Shown here: positions 10,001 through 18,293 of the stretch, in pieces
How positions within the stretch are numbered: position 1 is the stretch's first letter
How the letters are laid out: each line of letters begins with the position of its first letter
DNA from: Lentisphaeria bacterium
GTDB lineage: Bacteria > Verrucomicrobiota > Lentisphaeria > Victivallales > UBA1829
DNA length: 64,000 nucleotides
Assembly (NCBI GenBank): GCA_017963105.1
Contig: JAGCTY010000111.1
Coordinates: forward strand, 4,943-68,942
Direction: 5' to 3'
Notes under the pieces: generated by a model
Database searches by the model: none
Told to the model about the DNA's origin: nothing
The model's input: the letters and a program-made list of their open reading frames with translations, nothing else
Made by a program: the position numbers and the translations under genes

Positions 10001-10901
10001 CATCCACAGTGGCATTATTGGAAACGCGCAAAGTGCCGCATTCGCAGACCGTGGTGTTGGAAGCGATGGAGTCCTTGTTGTAGAGGATAAAATAAGCACC
10101 GGAACTGACGACAGTGTTTTTCATCACACCGCCGACACCAATATCCAGCTTGCCGCCGGATACGATCGTAGTGCTGTTCGCCGTGCCCCGGACAGTCATC
10201 GATCCGCCGTCGTTGACCGTGGTGCTGTTCGCCGTGCCGCCGGAGGCGACGCTGAACCCTCCGCCATCGTTGACCGTGGTGCTGTTCGCCGTGCAGCCGG
10301 AGTCGACTTCCAGAAAGCCGTCGGAGTTGACCGAGGTTTCGGTCGCTATGCCACCGCTCATAACAAAAATTGTGGCATTGAGGGAAACGGTAGTATGGAT
10401 CGCTTTCCCTCCAAAAACAAAAAGGTGGCCATTGTATTTGCCCAGAGCGTTATACGCGGTCGTGACGGGATGCAGGGTGACGTCGATATCGGAAAACAAC
10501 AGATTCTCGATCGTGTTCGAAACGAAGGTCGCGTTCGCGCCGTCGCGATTCGCCACGTAGCCGCCGTTTTCCCGGATCTCCGTGGCCGTGCCGCCGGAAT
10601 ACACGACCATACTGCCGCCGGAATTGACCGTGGTGCTGTTCGCCATGCCACCGGAGGAGACGTCGATCCTTCCGCCGATATTGACCGTGGTGCTGTTCGC
10701 CGTGCCTTCCTCCAGGATGTCCATCGTGCCGCCGGTACTGACCGTGGTACTTTCCGCCACGCCGCCGGCGGAAACGAAGATATAGCCGGCGTATTTGACC
10801 GTGGTGTCGATCGCCGTGCCGCCGGAGGCGACAGTCATGTAATCATTGTGGTTCAATGTAATCCCGGTACTTGTCCCGTTGCGGACACTGATACTTGCCA
10901 T
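7080..10901 (-). CDS. Large leaderless beta-helix repeat protein (SGG/AIDA-like repeats) with C-terminal FG-GAP/VCBS-type propeller, 1273 aa
   Basis: Starts MASISVRNGTSTG with AAAGGA about 8 nt upstream and no hydrophobic signal peptide. Dozens of SGG-T-A-x-x-T-x-V repeats, a PPTPPPTP linker, then GDFNGD repeats. Paralogue of 2..1690. Confidence 0.8.
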   Translation of the reverse strand: MASISVRNGTSTGITLNHNDYMTVASGGTAIDTTVKYAGYIFVSAGGVAESTTVSTGGTMDILEEGTANSTTVNIGGRIDVSSGGMANSTTVNSGGSMVVYSGGTATEIRENGGYVANRDGANATFVSNTIENLLFSDIDVTLHPVTTAYNALGKYNGHLFVFGGKAIHTTVSLNATIFVMSGGIATETSVNSDGFLEVDSGCTANSTTVNDGGGFSVASGGTANSTTVNDGGSMTVRGTANSTTIVSGGKLDIGVGGVMKNTVVSSGAYFILYNKDSIASNTTVCECGTLRVSNNATVDVATLNAGTMTIAWNGTAKGVIVNSDGNLTVFESGVANGATVSSGGSLCVSAGGTAQDTRVNGGIMWIKSDGTANGTLVNDGGLLHAGRGTLNNTTVYSGGTAIVSGNVGYQEFVVNGGELQVIEGGVMGQGFELTVMSRGRLIVRTEGIVDGAIIKESAVVTVGNGGILASAGVSAAKVTVYAGGCLDGVFLNSGSILDVSGGGSFVEDVCVSSGAVLTGVLHDPNVIDLTFSGGTLDLNIAKSSENDGFLVEGGAYSQFKTDTYSCTLTVANKQLNGTYKLIANAIGFNTTVTVKFGNNELGTLTVNGGPTDVGNITCDLKLDDGDLVVTVTGGAIPDPIVSGITLIDERRDITSGMSAIDVKVSAGGILNVFSKGTASNTTVYDGGEFNVHSKGDLRGATISSGGTATIYDDVMAAGVIVDGGVYVIESDGWAYRTSGGKLVSSNTIVKNGGTVIVSGGGHCGGVFVSDGGHIIVESDGNLGSAFITSGDVTVKDGVESAGASLLDGGVMVVQSGGSGGCIVSSGGIVKVESGGYLRALTVSTGGVVTGVLHDIYTVFRMYGGTLDLDISNAAPGGEYLMDDDANFDPNEDFNCTLTVDGSQANGTYNLMEYAYGFDTQVITAENPLTVKSASGATLGTLTVGQTAEIGGVTYTLNLSNDHHLTVTVSGGTPPPTPPPTPGDKSFFAGDFNGDLFDTLAVQSGSTVTIYQNGEAWGLGVTLDTGWSVVGTGDFNGDNLDDFLRVNTEGYVVGEMSNGNGTFTPQVLNLKNAGWDILGTGNFDGVGPDDVLIANPTAASDTVGLLGYWKGGTEWTLINGYSPEWTMVSTGDFNGDGKCDMLWKNQFVGEGGLTYNAYCTWIVEDPVDWRMVSVANPDEWNFLCSGDFDGNGSHDIAMINNVGVVGIWGVTDGYLSSWSILSAVTSEWTLAGVADFNADGTDDIAWSNTDTGLTGYWQINNKELTTWANIASL

Positions 10902-11216
10902 GGTTCGGATTCCTTTCGAGTTTGTTTTTATGTTTTTGAGCTTATGTTATGGTTGTTTTGGGCTTGAAATTTCAGAAAATGGGGACGCTATTTCGGGCGC
11001 GTCCGCAATAATTCCATTCGCGTAATATATCATGCAAATCCCGAAATATCAAACACAAAAACGAAATCTTTCTTGTTTCCCCCACGCTGAACTTCATTTG
11101 ACGCAAATCCCAACGGACAAGGAAACAGAAGAAACCATTCCGCAAAAAAACGGAGCGGTGAACCGAATCGCCGCCCCGTGAACAGGTCTTTTCCGTCGAA
11201 GCCTTCGGCCGCCGCC

Positions 11217-12425
11217 TCAGATCTTCGGCAATTTCTGGACGAACCGGAACTGCACTCTCTGCGGAGTGACCGAGACCTCCGGTTTGATCGTCGACGAAAC
11301 GGGCGACGGATGCCCGAGGCGCGAGGTGGCCCGTGCCGGGGAACGCAGCACCTGCGAACTGCGCGGGGACATCTTGCGCATTTTCGACTGGGCGGTGTCC
11401 AGGTCGGACTGAAGTTTCGCGATCGTCCTCTGATCGGCATTGAAACGGTCGATCAGGTCGGAAACGAGCGAGAGCCGGCTTTCGCAGGGGTATTTGAACA
11501 TGCCGGTCTCGCTGAGGAAATCGAATATGATGCCGCTGCCCCAGGACTCCATCGCGGTGGCGAAGATCTCGCGCGTGAGGGTCGGGATGGTCAGAAGCTT
11601 GTTGACCACGTCCTGGCAGAAGGAGCTGCGGATGGCTTCGAGGACGGAACTGTTCGTCTCGTAGGCGTTGTGGTCGCGCAGGAACTTCTCCATCAGCGGA
11701 AGCGTCTTGCTGACCTCGCAAAGGTCCCTGAACTGTTCGGCGTCGGGCTTCTTCGTGGAGACGCCGCCGCCGAAATGGTACCGGTAGCACGGTTTCGTGG
11801 TGACGCTCCGGTAGGATTCCGCGAAAAAGAGGATGAAAAACGACAGGTAAAGGTCCGTGTAGTGGTGAAGCTGAATGTCCGGCATGGCGTTGACCGCCTT
11901 CCGGCAGATGTCCGCACGGTAGATCTTGTTCCAGAGATTGTGCGGGAACCTGTGGTTCACGAAGCAGTCGTACAGGATGTTCGGGGTGTGCAGCTCCATG
12001 GGGCGCGAATTGAGGTAATGGACGAAATTGTCGAGCGCAAGGTTCTTCTGCGGCTCGGCCTCGACCTCGATGCGGAACTGGAGGATGTCGCATCTGGCTT
12101 TCCCGATCAGCTCCACGGCCGTTTCGCAAGCGCCGGGAAGCAGCCGGTCGTCGGCGTCGGCGAACATGATGTACTCGCCCTGGGCGTCCAGGAGCGCCAG
12201 TTTGCGGGCCAGGACCGTGCCGAGATGGCGCTGAAAGGCCGAGGCGTGGACGCGCGGCTCGCGGTTGACGTAATCCTGCAGGATGTCGGCGGAGGCGTCG
12301 GTGGAGGCGTCGTCCACACAGATGATCTCCAGGTCCCGGAACGACTGGGACAGGATGGAATCAAGGCACTGTCTCAGGGTCGGTTCTTCGTTCTGGACGG
12401 GAATGATGACGGAAAGCTTCGGCAT
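11217..12425 (-). CDS. Family 2 glycosyltransferase with helical C-terminal extension
   Basis: MPKLSVIIPVQNEE...ICVDDASTD...FADADD (GT2 DxD-type motifs). ATG 12425 chosen inside track ORF 11217..12545. Confidence 0.8.
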   Translation of the reverse strand: MPKLSVIIPVQNEEPTLRQCLDSILSQSFRDLEIICVDDASTDASADILQDYVNREPRVHASAFQRHLGTVLARKLALLDAQGEYIMFADADDRLLPGACETAVELIGKARCDILQFRIEVEAEPQKNLALDNFVHYLNSRPMELHTPNILYDCFVNHRFPHNLWNKIYRADICRKAVNAMPDIQLHHYTDLYLSFFILFFAESYRSVTTKPCYRYHFGGGVSTKKPDAEQFRDLCEVSKTLPLMEKFLRDHNAYETNSSVLEAIRSSFCQDVVNKLLTIPTLTREIFATAMESWGSGIIFDFLSETGMFKYPCESRLSLVSDLIDRFNADQRTIAKLQSDLDTAQSKMRKMSPRSSQVLRSPARATSRLGHPSPVSSTIKPEVSVTPQRVQFRFVQKLPKI

Positions 12426-12701
12426 GGTTCGTTCTGACTTTCGGGCAGCAGGTTTGTCTTCGATGGTTCTGAAGATGCCGGAATCCCGGGAAGACATGCG
12501 CGGGAAACCGGTATGCCTGACCTGAAACGAGGCCATGCACAACAAATAACGCTCAAAACCTGTTCGATAGTGTATGAGAATAGTGTTTTTTTTAAATTTC
12601 TTTGTCTGTTGATAATTTAACTGAACAATAGTTTAAAATATTCATCATCTCTATATGTCTTTTTACAGACGGCTTTTTGTTTGAATTGAAACTGATTATC
12701 A

Positions 12702-12734
12702 GAAAAAAGCGCCCGGCCCATGGTGAGCCGGACG
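12702..12734 (-). terminator. Putative rho-independent terminator of the lipoprotein gene
   Basis: The minus-strand RNA reads GUCCGGC-UCACCAUGG-GCCGGGC followed by GCUUUUUU. Confidence 0.45.
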
Positions 12735-12761
12735 CCTGAATCGGATCGAAACCGGAGGGGA

Positions 12762-13391
12762 TCAGTCTTCCCAGAACCAGAGGAAGTGAATCTTCCCCGG
12801 ATTGTCGTCGCCGATCGGAAGTCTGTGCGTCTTGAACGGGATGAAGCAGACCACCCAGTTGTTGAAGGAGGACTCGGCACGCGCGCCGTCGACGATCTGG
12901 ACCGGTTCGTTGGTCTTGGCATCGACGATGTTGAAGAAGAAACGGCCCCAGGCGGTGCGGTGCATACGCATCAGGATCGGGATTTCGGGGATCACGATGG
13001 AGAGGTTGGCCCACGGGATCGGGATCGGGAGGGACGGAATGCCGAGGAGGAACTTGTCCATGTCGGTGGCGAGCACGCTGCTGGTGGCCTTGAAGATGTA
13101 GTCGGCTTCGCCGGCATCCTTCGCCACGACGATGCCGAAGCGTGCGAGATGCAGTTCGATGTAGGCCATCAGGAATTCCTTGTCGACCTGCGGAGCCAGG
13201 TTCGAGTAGTCCATGAAGACTTTCTTGCCGGCGTATGCCTCGAAGTCGATGGAGGAGATGCCGCGTTCCACGACGGCGCTGAGCAGCATTTCCTCCACGG
13301 AATTGCGTGCCGTGTTGGTGACAGACGGAGTGGAACAGGCCGTGCAGACGAGTGCGGCGGCCGCCGCGAAAAGAAGGAACAAGTGTTTCAT
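12762..13391 (-). CDS. Hypothetical lipoprotein
   Basis: MKHLFLLFAAAAALVCTACS signal/lipobox-like N-terminus. ATG 13391 lies inside track ORF 12762..13586. No family recognised. Confidence 0.6.
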   Translation of the reverse strand: MKHLFLLFAAAAALVCTACSTPSVTNTARNSVEEMLLSAVVERGISSIDFEAYAGKKVFMDYSNLAPQVDKEFLMAYIELHLARFGIVVAKDAGEADYIFKATSSVLATDMDKFLLGIPSLPIPIPWANLSIVIPEIPILMRMHRTAWGRFFFNIVDAKTNEPVQIVDGARAESSFNNWVVCFIPFKTHRLPIGDDNPGKIHFLWFWED

Positions 13392-13603
13392 ACTTGAACT
13401 TTCCGGAACGCCGGGAGGCATTCCTGTGAGGTTGATATGGTTGAAAATGGATGTGTGCAGGTCGTGCGCGAGGGAATCCGCCGGCATCGTGTCCGCCGGG
13501 AGTTCCGAAAACATACTATAGCATATTTTTTTTGTAAAACAACCGGGAAAGAGACAAAAAGCGGAAGAAAACGGAAAAAAAACCAAAAAAGGCGGTATCC
13601 GGG

Positions 13604-13632
13604 TTGAAATCGAGCCGCAGACGTGCTATATT
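13604..13632 (+). promoter_or_regulatory. Putative sigma70-type promoter of the rpmH operon
   Basis: TTGAAA (13604-13609), 17-nt spacer, TATATT (13627-13632) preceded by TGC. A stable hairpin (about 13696-13724) lies in the leader. Confidence 0.45.
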
Positions 13633-13737
13633 AGATGGATTACACCATATACAAAACGAACGAAAAACCCCAAGCCGTAACCCCCTGAGAGGAACAGCCG
13701 GAGCGCGTATTCGCGGCTCCGGGAACAAGGTGAAACC

Positions 13738-13875
13738 ATGAAAAGAACGTATCAGCCTTCCGTCATCAAACGCGCCCGCAAATATGGATTCCGTGCCAGA
13801 ATGGCCACCAAAGGCGGCCGCAAGGTCCTTGCCAGAAGAAGAGCGAAAGGGCGTAAACGCCTGACCGTCATCTGA
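13738..13875 (+). CDS. rpmH: 50S ribosomal protein L34
   Basis: Hand-translated 45-aa [48 protein letters not shown]. It is below the ORF-track length cut-off. Confidence 0.93.
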   Translation: MKRTYQPSVIKRARKYGFRARMATKGGRKVLARRRAKGRKRLTVI

Positions 13876-13889
13876 GAAAGGAACACGCC

Positions 13890-14297
13890 GTGGAAATTGG
13901 GCGCAGCAGCCTGAGGAAGCAGGAAAAACTCCGCACCCGAAAGGATTTCGATGCGCTCAAGGAACACGGGAAAGCCTGGCGGGATCCGTTTTTTACGGTC
14001 CTGGTGCAGGCGGCGGGGCCGGACAATCCGGTCCGGATCACCCGGTACGGCGTCATCTGCAGCCGCAAGCTGCACCGCTCGGCCGTCGTACGGAACCGTG
14101 CGAGACGTCTGATCACGGAATCATTCCGGCTGTGCAAGGAGATCATCCTGCCATGCGGCATCGTCGTCATCCCGCGCCGCGCCATGTTCGGCGCAAAACA
14201 GCAGGACGTGCAGGAACACCTGCTCCGAACGCTGAAAAAAGCCGGACTGGTCCGGGAAAAACAAGCAGCGGACACAGACACCCGGCGCGAGAACTAG
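13890..14297 (+). CDS. rnpA: Ribonuclease P protein component
   Basis: Begins 14 nt after rpmH. Basic protein with [14 protein letters not shown]...[13 protein letters not shown] pattern. GTG start. Confidence 0.85.
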   Translation: MEIGRSSLRKQEKLRTRKDFDALKEHGKAWRDPFFTVLVQAAGPDNPVRITRYGVICSRKLHRSAVVRNRARRLITESFRLCKEIILPCGIVVIPRRAMFGAKQQDVQEHLLRTLKKAGLVREKQAADTDTRREN

Positions 14298-14344
14298 CTG
14301 TTCTCCCCGCCGTTCAAACGGAAAGTTCTTCCGCCGGCGCCACC

Positions 14345-14605
14345 GTGAACAGCGGCGGACCAAAGGGAAATCCGGTCCGCGAACTGGCGATCTTTCCCAT
14401 CCGTCTGTACCGCCGCTGGATTTCCCCGCTGTTTCCCCCGTGCTGCCGCTTCAGGCCGACCTGCTCCCAGTATGCGATCGAAGCCGTCCGGATTCACGGA
14501 ATCCTGCACGGCACGGCGCTGAGCCTGTGGCGGCTCCTCAGATGCAATCCCTGGTGCCGGGGCGGATATGACCCCGTCCCGCCAAAACATTCCGGGAAGG
14601 AATAA
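14345..14605 (+). CDS. yidD: Membrane protein insertion efficiency factor YidD
   Basis: [34 protein letters not shown]...[13 protein letters not shown]. The start (GTG 14345) is uncertain within track ORF 14132..14605. Confidence 0.8.
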   Translation: MNSGGPKGNPVRELAIFPIRLYRRWISPLFPPCCRFRPTCSQYAIEAVRIHGILHGTALSLWRLLRCNPWCRGGYDPVPPKHSGKE

Positions 14606-14608
14606 CGA

Positions 14609-16444
14609 GTGAACTTCAAATTCGACAAAGACACTGTCATCATCGTGCTGATCGGCTGCCTGCTGATGGGCGCCTGGCTGCTTTACATGCCGAGATATCA
14701 GGCGAAACGCGCCGAGGAATACCGGAAAATGCTGGAAGCCACCCGGCAGAACGCTCCGGTCCAGCAGACGAACGCGAATGCGGGCGCCTCACAGGCTTCT
14801 ACCCAGTCAGCCGTCACAGGCGCCAATGCCGGACAGACCAGCCAGCCCGCTGCGGGAACGGTCGCGGAAAGCATCCCTGCGCTGAAGGAAACGAAGACGT
14901 TTTCCCTCGAAAACAGCCTGTTCCGCGTGACGATCGACGGCCTGACCGGCTCTCTCTCCAGCGTCAAACTGCTGGATCCCCGTTACAAGCTCAAGGATTC
15001 CGGCGAAGCCATCGAGCTTTTCCGCGATGGCGCATACCGCACGTTCGAGCTGAAATCCGATTCCGCGCTCGTCCCCGTCTCCCTGGAAGTCCATGAAAAG
15101 GGCCCGCTCTCCGCGGAGGTCGTCCGCACGTTCGCAAACGGCCTGCAGCTCGTCCAGACGTTCACCCTGCCGGAAGACAACTACATGGTCGTCTGCGACT
15201 ACGCCTGGATCAATCCCACGTCCGCCGCGGTCACGGTCGACGGCCTCGGCGTCCGTCTCGCCGGCCTGCCGCAGGTCAAGGACCTGACCGGAGACAAGGT
15301 CTACAGCGAACGCCTGAATGTGGACTTCTGCAAAGTCGGCAGCGGCATGTGCGATTCCGCCGATCCGCAGGTCAAATCTCAGGAGAAATTCGACAGGAAA
15401 ACGACCTGCGACTCCCCGGTCGCCTGGGTCGGTTCCTCCAATAAGTATTTCGCCTCGCTCCTCTTCGCCGACGACGAGAAGCCCTTCGCGTCCGCATCCG
15501 GCGAGCGCATCTGGAAATTCCCGGCCGGCAGCACCAACGAAAAAGACCTCTACGCCGTTCCGTCCATGACCGGGAATTTCGGCACAGTCACGTTCGCGCC
15601 GGGCGTGCCCGTGGAATTCACTCTGAAGACCTACTGCGGCCCGAAGGAAATGGCTCGCATCCGCGCGCTCGGATCGTCCGTGATGGGCGTGATGCACATT
15701 TCGTACTATTCGTGGTTCGAGTTCATCGCGCGCCCCATGGTCATGCTGCTGAACTGGCTGAAAAGTCTCTGCGGCTCCTACGGCGTCGCGATCATCCTCC
15801 TCACGCTCATCGTCCGCATCCTCTTCTGGCCGGTCACGCAGAAGGCAAACAGCTCCATGCGCCGGATGCAGAAGCTCCAGCCGAAGATCAAGGAGCTCCA
15901 GGAGAAGTACAAGGAAACCCCGATGGACACCCCGGACGACACAGCCCGCAAGAAGGCCGAGCTCAACCAGAAGATGATGGAGCTGTACCGCGTCGAAAAG
16001 GTCAACCCCGTCGGCGGCTGCCTCCCGATCCTCCTGCAGATACCCGTCTTCATCGCGCTCTATTCCGCGCTGGACTCCGCCGTCGAACTCCGCAACGTGC
16101 CGTTCCTGTGGTGTACCGACCTGTCGCGGCCCGACCTCGTGGGTCCGACGCTCCCCTTCGCCCTGCCGTTCATCGGCCAGGTCGGACTCCATCCGCTCGT
16201 GATCGCCATGACGGTGCTCATGGTGGTGCAGCAGAAGATGACGCCCTCCGCGGCCGACTCGACGCAGCAGAAGATGATGATGCTCATGCCGATCATCATG
16301 CTGTTCATGTTCTATAATCTTCCGTCCGGCCTGACGCTTTACTGGACGGTCAGTCAGATATTCAGCATCCTTCAAATGAAATACGGGCAGTTCGCCGCAA
16401 AGCGGGACGAAGCGCGTCAGACCAGTAAACCGCAGAAGGCATAA
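14609..16444 (+). CDS. yidC: Membrane protein insertase YidC
   Basis: 611 aa. The C-terminal 60-kDa-IMP core (PLVMLLNWL..., GGCLPILLQIPVFIALY, NLPSGLTLYW) follows a large periplasmic domain. Conserved position after yidD. Confidence 0.93.
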   Translation: MNFKFDKDTVIIVLIGCLLMGAWLLYMPRYQAKRAEEYRKMLEATRQNAPVQQTNANAGASQASTQSAVTGANAGQTSQPAAGTVAESIPALKETKTFSLENSLFRVTIDGLTGSLSSVKLLDPRYKLKDSGEAIELFRDGAYRTFELKSDSALVPVSLEVHEKGPLSAEVVRTFANGLQLVQTFTLPEDNYMVVCDYAWINPTSAAVTVDGLGVRLAGLPQVKDLTGDKVYSERLNVDFCKVGSGMCDSADPQVKSQEKFDRKTTCDSPVAWVGSSNKYFASLLFADDEKPFASASGERIWKFPAGSTNEKDLYAVPSMTGNFGTVTFAPGVPVEFTLKTYCGPKEMARIRALGSSVMGVMHISYYSWFEFIARPMVMLLNWLKSLCGSYGVAIILLTLIVRILFWPVTQKANSSMRRMQKLQPKIKELQEKYKETPMDTPDDTARKKAELNQKMMELYRVEKVNPVGGCLPILLQIPVFIALYSALDSAVELRNVPFLWCTDLSRPDLVGPTLPFALPFIGQVGLHPLVIAMTVLMVVQQKMTPSAADSTQQKMMMLMPIIMLFMFYNLPSGLTLYWTVSQIFSILQMKYGQFAAKRDEARQTSKPQKA

Positions 16445-16468
16445 TCCGCCCCAACCCCGGAGAATTCA

Positions 16469-17344
16469 ATGGAACTCGAAGAAACCGCGGCCGAAACCCA
16501 GGCCATGGAAAATGCAGGTGCGGCAGCAGAAACCGCAGAAGAAACCGTAACGACCGATGAAATCAGGGTCGTCCCGATGGACAACGCCTCCGCCGAAACG
16601 GGCGACGGCGGATTCGATGAAATCGAACAGGAACCCGAAGCCGGCGCGGATGCTCCGGAACGCCCCCGCAGCGAGCGTTCCCGCAAGACGCCTCCGCCGG
16701 TCAAACCCGCCTCCCCGGAATCCATGGAGGAAGCCAGAAACGTCCTCGCGCACATGCTTGATTTCCTCGGCGTCGACGCCAATGTCCGCGTGGAAAACAA
16801 GCCCCGCTCCGTGAACCTCTACGTCTCCACCGACGAACCGGGCCGCGTGATCGGACACCACGGCAAGACGCTCGAGAACCTCCAGCTCATCGTGAACCGC
16901 ATCATGCAGAAGACCGATTCGGAATTTCCGAAGCTTTACATCGACATGGACGGGTCCCGCGATCGCCGCGCCGAACGCCGTGCCGAGCGTGCCGATCGTT
17001 CAGAACGTCCCGAACGCGGCGAGCGTCCCGAACGCGGCGAACGCCGCACGGACCGCGGCGAACGTCCTTCCCGCAGGGAATTCCGCGGGGACCGCGGGGA
17101 CCGTTTCGAAGGCGGCCGCAGACCGTCGTTCTCCCACGACGAAGTCCTCCGCCAGCAGGCGCTCGACGCCGCCAAGGAAGTCCACCAGTGGGGCTCTCCG
17201 AAAACCCTCCCCCCGATGAACTCCCATGACCGCAGAATCGTCCACATCACGCTGGAAAGCGATTCCGGGCTGACCACCAACAGCATCGGCGACGGTGAAA
17301 AGCGCTCCGTCGTCATCGCGCTGAAGGACGAAATCAACGCCTGA
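16469..17344 (+). CDS. khpB: Jag/KhpB-type RNA-binding protein (KH + R3H domains)
   Basis: KH-like GRVIGHHGKTLENLQLIV and R3H-like MNSHDRRIVHITL, joined by an RAERR/ERPERGER repeat linker. Canonical position after yidC. Confidence 0.85.
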   Translation: MELEETAAETQAMENAGAAAETAEETVTTDEIRVVPMDNASAETGDGGFDEIEQEPEAGADAPERPRSERSRKTPPPVKPASPESMEEARNVLAHMLDFLGVDANVRVENKPRSVNLYVSTDEPGRVIGHHGKTLENLQLIVNRIMQKTDSEFPKLYIDMDGSRDRRAERRAERADRSERPERGERPERGERRTDRGERPSRREFRGDRGDRFEGGRRPSFSHDEVLRQQALDAAKEVHQWGSPKTLPPMNSHDRRIVHITLESDSGLTTNSIGDGEKRSVVIALKDEINA

Positions 17345-17373
17345 TCGTTCCCGAAGCAGTCGAACGTCATTCG

Positions 17374-17404
17374 AAGCCGCCGCCTCAAAACGGCGGCTTT
17401 TTTC
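17374..17404 (+). terminator. Rho-independent terminator after jag
   Basis: AAGCCGCCG-cctcaaaa-CGGCGGCTT followed by TTTTT. Confidence 0.6.
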
Positions 17405-18212
17405 GTGACCGTCATCGGAAACCGGAGGCCGGCGACATCAGGGGCAACCTCGCCGGAGCCGACGCCGGAGACATCGCCGCCGCCCCTTGCACCCGCGTTC
17501 GTCGCGGCCGTCTTCGCGGCACAGCTCCCGCGGCGAAACTTGTACAGCAAACCTGTCCATGTCGTGAAAAAGCGGGATTCCGCCGGGAAATATGCTCTTC
17601 CGCACGGTTTTCCGCATTGAAGCGGCGCCGGAAGCGTGTTATATTTGATTTCAGGGCAGGATTCCGCGGGTGCAATCGCACCACGGGTTCCGGCCCGGGC
17701 ATAAGCACGGCGGACGGCGGTTCAAAAACGAGGGGACCCCTTCCGTCGGCGGCGGTCAAATGCCGCTGTACATTCCGATTCTTGTGCGCCGTCTGCAACC
17801 GGACCGAAGTTGAGGGGCCGGGATCCGCATCATGGGGGATGACGGGGATCCCGGAACGGTTCCGGCGCAGGGGGGGGAGACGGCCCGCAACGGAATGTAC
17901 TGCTTATGCCGTTTTTTGCAGATACGCGTCTCCCGTTTCCCGTTCAGACCCGGACAGCTTTCCCGGGAGCAGCGCCCGAGGGGGGATCCGCGTCCGATGG
18001 CAACCGGGCGGATAGTCGGGGAGGATGCAGCGGCACGGACCGGGAGAATCCGCAACGGCGAGGCGCCCGCGGGAGAAATAGACATCCACTCGCGTTTTGC
18101 CGTTGGCAGTACCGCAGTTCCCGACGGAACAGGAAAGATGCGATGGAACGGTTGCAGGACGGTTTTCCATCGTCGAATGCGGCGGAAAATCCTTTTTTTT
18201 CCGGCAAACGAT

Positions 18213-18241
18213 TTGATTTTTTATGAAATATGCTGTATATT
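18213..18241 (+). promoter_or_regulatory. Putative sigma70-type promoter of the aminotransferase gene
   Basis: TTGATT (18213-18218), 17-nt spacer, TATATT (18236-18241). Confidence 0.4.
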
Positions 18242-18293
18242 AATAGGTTTTGTCTAAAAATCAATCAATTCAGCATAGGACCCTGTCCCAGAG

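Noticed and set aside
12546-12700. AT-rich block near the rpmH cluster as a possible oriC, with one near-DnaA box (TGTTGATAA at about 12608)
   Set aside because: No dnaA or dnaN is in the window and there is only a single imperfect box. It is more simply the promoter region of the GT2 gene plus the terminator of the lipoprotein gene.
14807-16375. 522-aa ORF antisense to yidC, and 22990..24546(+) antisense to xylulokinase
   Set aside because: Same GC-driven artefact; the sense genes have strong family signatures.
17405-18212. RNase P RNA, tmRNA or SRP RNA in the long non-coding gap
   Set aside because: I could not find the conserved cores (GAGGAAAGUCCGG for RNase P; a tRNA-like 3' end with a T-arm/ACCA for tmRNA; the SRP GGAA tetraloop helix) on either strand. 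It is kept only as an unassigned structured region.
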